Positions 49,159 to 64,000 of a stretch of 64,000 nucleotides of DNA are shown here, piece after piece; the first letter of the stretch is position 1; each line of letters begins with the position of its first letter. Position numbers and translations under genes: made by a program. The notes under the pieces were generated by a model. The model had not been told where the DNA came from. It was given only the letters and a program-made list of their open reading frames with translations, and did no database searches. Source of the stretch: the human T2T-CHM13v2.0 reference genome, Homo sapiens; assembly GCF_009914755.1 (NCBI RefSeq), contig NC_060926.1; one strand, written 5' to 3'.

Positions 49159-49699
49159 CCCTGAAACTTGTCTTTCAGCAGAGGGATTTTAGTGAGTTAG
49201 TATCAAGGGGTCATCACTTCCTTTTCTTCTTGGATAGCTGACACAAGACAGGAAGACTAAGGGCTCTTTCTGATATCTGAAGATCCCTTTCAGGAAACCC
49301 ATTCTGTTGTGTTTCTTAAGGTGTGATAAAGCTTGTCCAGCCTCCACACCGTATAAAGTTCTCCTTTATACACCCATGTATCAGCAGAGCTGCCCTGTAG
49401 GTAGGATTCTTACTCCCACGTGGCCAGTGAGTAGCAAGCAAGGCCCCAAGTAAGGTCTTTGGGTGCTGTCTGTTCTTTCATGAGAGTCACTTTGATATGA
49501 GAAAGGGGTTGGGGAAAGATGCCTGAGTCTGGGCGTGGGCTGGGAGGGAAGCACATTTAGGGTGCTGAAACCACATCTTATTTCGTGTGCCATTTTGCTC
49601 AGGGCCAGCCCGAAGTGAGAATGGCTTTTCTCGGTCAATTCCTAGTTTTGCCACCATCATCCTTACACCCGAATCCTAGTAAGTCTGTTCTCCACTGAA

Positions 49700-50320
49700 C
49701 TGAGCTGAGTGCAGCTGACAGCAGGCACGGCGGTGCCCCATTTGCCACCCCAGGGAGGCCGAGCAGCGGAGAGTGTGTGGCCACGGCCCCTCCACTCTCC
49801 CAGCAAACCCACGGGGGCCTCGGTGCGGACAGAGACCCGGTGTGGGGAGGCCGCTGCCCCTGCACGCTGGGCCACGGGGGTTTGGGCGGGGAGGAGCTTG
49901 TACTGGGTGGGCGGGGAGGAGCCCGGACGGCGGGAGCGGCTGCGGCGCGCGGGCGCCCTCGGAGCCGCGTGCTGGGGGTCGTAGGGGCCCACCGCGCTCA
50001 GCCAGACGTTCAGACGCTCGGACAAGCATGGTCTATAACCCAGGAAAGGGGAGCAGGGCCACTCCCGCGGGCGGCCCCAGCGATGAACCGGACGCCCCCA
50101 CCCTGCCGGGAAAAAAGCAGTGGCGGTCAGGCCGCGCTGTCTCTTTAAGATCGTGTTCCTACTAACACTGACGGTGAGTAACCTGGCCCTGGGTCCCGGG
50201 AGACATCCCGAGGTAGGATGGGCCCTTGGCCTCCTACGGATAGGCGGGTGAGAGTACAAATCTCTGGGCGTGGAATTTGGGGAAGTTATGAATGGGGGGA
50301 GGGTCGGGTTCCGATTTGAG
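49700..50320 (+). promoter_or_regulatory. ITPRIPL1 CpG-island promoter and non-coding first exon (donor ACG/GTGAGT at 50173/50174)
   Basis: CpG dense, GC boxes GGGCGGGG at ~49884 and ~49909, consensus 5' splice site. Confidence 0.8.
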
Positions 50321-50447
50321 CCAAAGCCCCCAGGTACCTTGTACATTTTAACAGGGCTCCTAGAGAGGGCGGGGAGACGAAGCAAGGCCAAGTTCCAAAG
50401 GGAGGATAGGCCCAGCTGGCTTCAGCGTCCACACGGCATAGTCCTTC

Positions 50448-50457
50448 ATGAATGTTG
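50448..50457 (+). CDS. ITPRIPL1: ITPRIPL1 coding start (MNV-D) in exon 50355-50457
   Basis: Acceptor TTTTAACAG at 50354; ATG AAT GTT G/GTAAGC splices in frame to 51250, giving 555 aa MNVDAEASMAVISLL... Confidence 0.85.
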
Positions 50458-51249
50458 GTAAGCGCGGTAGCTTGTGAATTAGGGTGAGTGGCAGAAGCTC
50501 GGGCTTCACGGGTGGGTGGGGAGGCAGTGGAACTGACCACTGCCGGCTGTCAGGTAGGCCTTGGGCACCTGGTTCTGCAGACAGTTTTCTGAACTAAGAA
50601 GTGAAGCTAGCCTGCCCACACACGGGGTATCCACTAGCCCCTTAGGAGCAGAGAGGGCACCGTAGCAAGCAGCTGGCGGCACTGTGCCTCTCTTGCGCTC
50701 CCTGGGCAGAGAGGGAGAGGCTGAGTGATGAGGCTCACTTCATACTGGGTGAGCAGAATGAAGACTGTGAAGTCACAGAGGAAGTGGAATGCTACAACTG
50801 GCTGCCGGGGCAGAGGAAAGGTGTCACCCAGGCAGGTTCAGGGCTTTCTGGCTATAAAAGGGAGCCTCTGGGATCAGCAGGTCATATCTGGTGCCCATGG
50901 TTGACTGAGGAGTCGGGTGAGGCCACCCTACCACAAGGGTCCCCCTCCCCATCCTACACAGGAATGAAAACAGTCCCATGTACACTTTCTGGAAGCCTAA
51001 ATACCACCCACACCATGTGGAAGGAAAGCAGGAGAGAGACTGAGTGGCACATCCTTTCGCCCTCTTTTCTCTCGAACCTCCTCCCAGGCCGACCACCCTT
51101 GCTGTGTCCAAGCCAAGCTCTGTGGGCTTTCTGTTCCTCCTGAGTAGCTGATTTTCAGAATTTGGGGTACCAGGGCTCTGGGGAATGTGAGCTAGAGAGC
51201 AGATAAGTCTGGAAGATGACCACTGACTCCTACTCTCCTACTTCTCCAG

Positions 51250-52907
51250 ATGCAGAGGCCTCCATGGCTGTGATAAGCCTGCTGTTCTTGGCAGTGATGT
51301 ATGTTGTTCACCACCCTCTGATGGTCAGTGATCGGATGGACCTGGACACATTAGCCAGGAGTCGGCAGCTGGAGAAGCGAATGAGTGAGGAGATGCGCCT
51401 GCTAGAGATGGAGTTTGAAGAGAGAAAGCGAGCCGCTGAGCAGAGGCAGAAGGCAGAGAACTTCTGGACAGGAGACACATCCAGTGACCAGTTAGTGCTG
51501 GGGAAGAAAGACATGGGGTGGCCGTTCCAGGCCGATGGCCAGGAAGGGCCTCTGGGCTGGATGCTGGGAAACCTGTGGAACACTGGCCTCTTTTGCCTTT
51601 TTCTCGTCTTTGAGCTCCTGCGACAGAACATGCAGCATGAACCGGCCTTTGATTCCAGCAGTGAGGAGGAGGAGGAGGAAGTCCGTGTTGTCCCTGTCAC
51701 CTCTTACAACTGGCTTACTGACTTCCCCTCCCAGGAGGCCCTGGACTCCTTTTACAAACACTATGTCCAAAATGCCATCCGTGACCTGCCCTGCACCTGT
51801 GAGTTTGTGGAGAGTTTTGTGGATGATCTCATTGAGGCCTGTCGGGTGCTCAGCCGCCAAGAGGCTCACCCACAATTGGAAGACTGCCTGGGCATCGGGG
51901 CTGCCTTTGAGAAATGGGGAACCCTCCATGAGACCCAGAAATTTGATATCCTGGTGCCCATTGTCCCCCCACAGGGCACCATGTTTGTCCTGGAGATGAG
52001 GGACCCAGCCCTGGGCCGCCGCTGTGGCTGTGTGCTGGTGGAGTCAGAATGTGTGTGCAAGCGTGAGAAACTCCTAGGGGACGTGCTGTGCCTGGTGCAC
52101 CACCACAGGGACCCCTCGGCAGTCTTGGGGAAGTGTAGTAGCTCCATCAAGGCAGCTCTCTGCACCGGCTTCCACCTAGACGTGTGCAAGACTGTGCAGT
52201 GGTTCCGGAACATGATGGGCAATGCCTGGGCCCTTGTGGCCCACAAGTATGACTTTAAACTCAGTCTCCCACCGTCTACCACCTCCTGCAAGCTCCGGCT
52301 GGACTATCGCTCAGGCCGCTTTCTCTCAATCCACTTGGTCCTGGGGGTGCAACGAGAAGACACCTTGGTCTACCTGGTGAGTCAGGCTCCTGACCAGGAG
52401 CAGCTCACCAGTGTGGACTGGCCTGAGTCCTTTGTGGCCTGTGAGCACCTGTTCCTGAAGCTGGTGGGGCGCTTTGCCCCCGAGAACACCTGTCACCTCA
52501 AGTGCCTCCAGATCATTTTAAGTCTCCGGCAGCATCAGAGCTTACCCCATGGAGCATCCCGCCCCATCCTCACTTCTTACCATTTTAAAACAGCTCTCAT
52601 GCACCTCTTGCTACGGCTGCCCCTCACGGACTGGGCCCACAACATGCTCTCTCAGCGGCTCCAGGACATTCTCTGGTTCTTGGGCCGTGGCCTCCAGCAA
52701 AGGTCCCTCCATCATTTCCTCATTGGTAACAATTTTCTGCCCCTGACCATCCCAATCCCTAAGACATTTAGGAATGCTGAGCCGGTCAATCTCTTCCAAC
52801 ACCTGGTGCTCAACCCCAAGGCACATTCACAGGCAGTGGAAGAGTTCCAAAACCTTCTGACCCAGGTGAAAACTCTGCCTCATGCCCCACTGGCTGCAGC
52901 ACCTTGA
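51250..52907 (+). CDS. ITPRIPL1: ITPRIP-like 1 main coding exon (hydrophobic N-terminus, coiled coil, TM helix, Mab-21/cGAS-like domain); in-frame ATG 51216 gives 563 aa, ATG 51264 gives 547 aa
   Basis: 563-codon ORF 51216-52907; acceptor CTTCTCCAG at 51249; TM-like LWNTGLFCLFLVFELL; Mab-21-like SYHFKTALMHLL. Confidence 0.96.
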
Positions 52908-53442
52908 TGTAAAGACCATTAAAAAAAAAACAGAGGAAGGTATTTCTAATTCCTTGGGCTACAAAAGTGTTTACTTTTCAGATATATCAGTGGTATATGT
53001 GACCTTCACCTTGCCAGTGGGGGCTATGATGAGACACCTTAAGGAGCGTGTGAGGTGGTCATGAGGATGGGCATAATGACCCTGCAGGGCCTAGTCAAGG
53101 ATGGGTCATCTGAGGTTTTCTTCTGCTAACTTTCATCATGACCCAAAGAAGGTCCAGGGAAACGGATGTTATGGGAGGATCTTGCTGCTAAGGAGGTGAG
53201 ATCCAGAGGGTCACTGTGAAGTTGTGTTTTTGTATCAACACTCGAAGTGAGAGAACCAGAGAATACCTTCATTCCAGCTTATTCCTTTTTGTGATTGACT
53301 TCCAGTATGTTCCTTGTGAATTGGTTTCCTTGTTGAACTGTTAGCTTAATTCTCATCCGAGCTGGTGGCACTCCATTTTATCCCAAATACTGTGATGGGC
53401 AACTTCTCATAATTTACGATCTAATTTTTCAAACCTTCACTA

Positions 53443-53757
<315 letters not shown>

Positions 53758-53801
<44 letters not shown>
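53758..53801. repeat. (TA)22 microsatellite at Alu tail
   Basis: Perfect TA run. Confidence 0.95.
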
Positions 53802-53805
<4 letters not shown>

Positions 53806-54528
53806 CAAGATGTTTACATTCCATTTTCTTAACTTAGCCCTATTTTCATATGACAATAGAGTTGTTTTTATGCATCTGAAAAAACTACCTAATTTATTCG
53901 CATTGATTCACAAATATTAAGTCAATAGTAACCTGTCTCATAATTGAGATAATGTATTTACCATAATAATGAAATGGTTAACATCTGATGACCTTTTTAA
54001 GGTGCCTGGAGGCAACATTATAAAGGCCTTCACAAGGACAATCTTTTTGGGGGCTCTGAGATGAATAATTACTTTGTTGCTTGTGGGGAGCCACTTGTTG
54101 AGTGTAAAGAAGGTTTAGCTGCCATGTTTAGCTGTGCTTTTTCTGTCTGGCCATGCCTCCTTTGTATTTTTTTTTTTTTTTTTCAAAAATGACAAAGGGA
54201 TTACTTGAACTGTGTTTGTGGTTTTGAAAGAGAGGTCATCACAATCCAGGCTCACTGCCAGGTTTGTATAGGAAAGGATTGGGAAACAGTCCAACTCTAA
54301 AATTGTGATTCTAGAGATATAATTGGTGTATTTTTCCCTTTTTTCAAAACCATGGGATGCTGAGGAGGAGTGTTAAGAAATGCAACTATAGTTATGGGTG
54401 TGATTGTTTTGGAAACGCCAATGCTGTTCTATCTGCACTGCCAAGAAGATCTGCTGGGGAGGGTAACCTGTCCCCACTGAACTTGACCTCAGCAGGGATC
54501 AGATGCTGGCCCTTATAGGCTTCAGTCA

Positions 54529-54888
<360 letters not shown>

Positions 54889-55093
54889 TTCCCAGAAGCT
54901 GATGCCAGTCAATCATTGGGGCTCCCAGTGCACAATAGCTACTGTGTTCCTGTGTTGCCTGCATCTGTCAGGTACCGCTTTCAATGCAAGATGCAATCAT
55001 GGTTGCTTCCCTGCTGATGGGATTTTGGTGTTTTAGCAACATTCACATACTTTTTGTTTAGAAAATTATTTGCTGATGTTTTAAGTTAAAGTC

Positions 55094-55099
55094 AATAAA
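55094..55099 (+). terminator. Candidate distal ITPRIPL1 polyadenylation signal AATAAA
   Basis: AATAAA in non-repetitive U-rich context ~2.2 kb after the stop codon. Confidence 0.5.
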
Positions 55100-55474
55100 G
55101 GAGGCTATTTTCTGTATACATTGGAATCTATGCAGTAACACACTCAGCAGATCAGCATTCTCACATGCCTGTTCCCAAGAAGTTCATGTTACCCTGATAG
55201 CTCCATTCGGTATATCCTGGTATTTCTCAATGTACTTGGAACTAGTCTGCCTTGTGGTTTCCAAGTGGCATGGCCAGTAGCCAGAAAAGAATAAGCAACA
55301 TCTAGGTGATTAATTTTCATGGTGCCCAAACCAAAATATCAGCCAAATTAGAAGATCTTAGTGGTTGCAAACAATGTGCATAAACTCTAAAAGTCTTCTC
55401 AGGTAGAAAGAAGGTGGTATGATTTCTAGGAGTGCATGGTTGTTTCTAGTCTAATAGATAAAAAAGAAAATAAA

Positions 55475-60161
<4,687 letters not shown>

Positions 60162-60249
60162 TCACCCTGCTCGACGCTGGGTTCCCAAGCCCAGTCCTGC
60201 ACCTAGTCCTCGAAGGAGGGGGTTTTCATACTATTTCAGGGGGTCCACC

Positions 60250-60770
60250 GACCCCAAGAAGCCCAATCAGACGGGGTCCTCAACCCAAAACTCACTCTGA
60301 CGCCGCCCGCGGAGGCCCGAGGTGGTCTGCGCAGGCGCGCTGCTGGCCCGGCCCGCCGGCGACGTCACGCGGCCGTTACGGCGCTCAGGCGTCTCGACGC
60401 GCGCGATTTAAAACCAGCTCAGGAGACGCCAAGGAAAGATGGGACCTCCCGGCCCAGGTGAGCCGGGCGGTCGGGAGGCGCGGCGGGAAGGGCCCCTAGC
60501 GAAGCAGTACTTCGGGCGGGCAGGGCTGGCGGGCTGGCCTGGGCGGGGAGAGAGGATATGCTCAGCTCGGGTCTTGGCCCTGCGGCTGACAGCAGAGGCC
60601 GGTGCGGGGGGAGGGGAGGGCCGGCGCGGGGCGGGCGGACCTTGTGCGCTCAGCCAATCAGAAAGCGGCTTCGGCCGGAGTCGGAGAGCGCGCGGGCCCT
60701 GCCTCACACTCCTCAGTTCCCGGGCGGGCGGTGGGGCGGCCTCCTCCTTGGGCTCCTAAAGCGTGCTCGG
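60250..60770 (+). promoter_or_regulatory. NCAPH CpG-island promoter with G2/M cell-cycle elements
   Basis: CCAAT 60263-60267, NRF1 TGCGCAGGCGCG 60328-60339, CRE-like GACGTCA 60361-60367, Myb CCGTTA 60373-60378, CHR-type TTTAAA 60407-60412 after CGCGCG. Confidence 0.8.
60439..60457 (+). CDS. NCAPH: Condensin complex subunit 2 (CAP-H kleisin), coding part of exon 1; later exons beyond the window
   Basis: AAGATGG Kozak, ATG GGA CCT CCC GGC CCA G/GTGAGC = MGPPGP(A), the known CAP-H N-terminus; expected neighbour of ITPRIPL1. Confidence 0.9.
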
Positions 60771-60859
60771 TGTCTCTCCATTAAAATGGTGGTTTTCCTG
60801 GAATAGACGTTATTTTCAGGGCTTTGGAAGCGATGTGGTTACCGTTGTATGCTTAGCAT

Positions 60860-61740
60860 GCATGCATTTATTTTTGCATCTATTCAAAAGTACTGAGCTC
60901 TCCCGTTGGGCGAACAAAATTGATAATATCTCTATACTGTTGGAGTTGGGGAGACAGACAGTAAACAAAAGAAATAATTACACATGAGGCTGAGTGCTGT
61001 GATTGAGTATAGCAGAGTAGGGGTGGCTCCGCCAGGGGTTCAGGGAAGATCTTTAGGCAGATACTAGGGAACGTGTTTCAGGCAGAAGGAGCAAGTACAA
61101 AAATGAGGCAGGGAAGAGCCTGGCCTGGCCTAGGACCTGACCAGAACATTGTGACCAAGCTTAGTGAGGCCTGACACGTAGGCAGGGTCTGGAGGCCTTG
61201 GGTAAGAGATTTGGAAATTGAGTTACATTTTGGACATGGTATGTGTGACTTACGGGAGAGACTCAGGTGAAGGGATCTATAATCACTTAGGTGAGAATTT
61301 GGCTCTCAGGGGAGTTATATGGACCACTCAGGGAAGTGACCCATGGATTGAGAAATAAATTTGGATACCATTATCATATAGACCATTAGACCATAAAACC
61401 ATGGGAACAGGTGAGAACACTAGGAAGGCCCTGCACATCTAGGACCAACGTTTAGAAGCTGGATAGAGAAGGATGAGCTGGAAAAACTCAAAAGACAGTG
61501 GTATAGGAAGAAGCCAAGAGTGTTTCAACAAGGAAGGGACTGTCAGCTGTTTCAAATGCTGCTGGATTCCAAGAGAAAGGCCAGAAAATGACCATAGGGT
61601 TTAGGCAACATGGAAGTTATAGATGATCACGAAAAGATAGTTCTCATGAAGTTGGAATAGGAACCAGACCAGAGTGGGTTGAAAAATGAGTGGGAAATGA
61701 GGAAGTAGACATAGGAAGTGTCTTTGAGCTCAGTAACCAT
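60860..61740 (+). mobile_element. L2 fragment in NCAPH intron 1
   Basis: L2-like segments (CATTTATT..., GTTTCAGGCAGAAGGAGCAAGTACAAA, TTTAGGCAACATGGAAGTTAT). Confidence 0.6.
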
Positions 61741-61864
61741 CGGTTGAATGAATGGATGCATAATATCAAAGGCAAGGAGAGAAACCACGGAAAGAAGATT
61801 TGGAGAATTAAAGCATGCCTCTAATTCCAAGTTTAGTTTCTCTCTTAGACAAGGTTCTCCTTAA

Positions 61865-62826
<962 letters not shown>

Positions 62827-63056
62827 TTGTTTTTACTTCCTATTTTATTGAAAAAAAAAAAAAAAAAAAAAAAGCAAACAAAAAGGAACATCCCCAAGTC
62901 TGCCATTGCACCTGCTCCCTGCCTGCATCTGTGCCAGTGCCTCTGTCTTTTCTCCTGTTACTGAGGATGGGCTTTCTGTGCTCTCTACAAAGGCAACCTC
63001 TTTGCCTGCTTGAGTACATTGTTCAGCAAATTTTACCTTTTATTTTGGATGGTCAC

Positions 63057-63784
<728 letters not shown>

Positions 63785-63920
63785 GTCTCTTTGCTTCATT
63801 CTTTCTACCATGCTGAGGTTTTTGTTTGTTTGTTTTGTTTTTTTGTCTTAAAAATTCCTCACTTCCCTTTCAACTCTCACCCTCTCATTTCTCTCCACCC
63901 TTTTACAGTAGAAGTCTTTG

Positions 63921-64000
63921 GGCAGGGCGTGGTGGCTCACGCCTGTAATTCCAGCACTCTGGGAATCCAAGACAGGCAGATCACGAGGTCAGGAGTTCGA
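63921..64000 (+). mobile_element. Alu 5' part, truncated by window edge
   Basis: GGCAGGGCGTGGTGGCTCACGCCTGTAA. Confidence 0.88.

Noticed and set aside
62851-62885. Orphan A23 tract
   Set aside because: Simple homopolymer among repeats, no TSD or upstream retrocopy recognisable

Overview
Human (primate) genomic DNA, recognisable from its proteins as the SNRNP200-ITPRIPL1-NCAPH locus (chr2q11.2). Minus strand 1512-30045: coding exons 1-43 of SNRNP200 (U5-200K/Brr2 spliceosomal helicase). All have GT-AG introns and join in frame to 6174 nt (2058 codons); the last exons lie beyond the left edge. Plus strand: ITPRIPL1 (CpG-island promoter ~49.7-50.3 kb, main coding exon 51250-52907) and the promoter and first coding exon of NCAPH (60439-60457). 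The rest is Alu-rich, with L1, L2, MIR, MaLR/ERV LTR and MER fragments. The most unusual signals are inside and upstream of SNRNP200. (1) Intron 14 holds a 94%-identical duplicate of the acceptor and first ~83 nt of the catalytic DEIH exon, plus an antisense TSD-flanked U2 snRNA 5' fragment covering the branch-site recognition sequence. (2) Intron 29 holds a 55-nt stop-containing candidate poison exon at the boundary between the two helicase cassettes. (3) A MER21-like LTR is inserted into the exon 3 donor. (4) An orphan CpG island at ~46 kb, a candidate exon and a textbook acceptor inside exon 1 together suggest a distal SNRNP200 promoter. Gene and repeat-family names are from recognition, not from searches; repeat edges are approximate.
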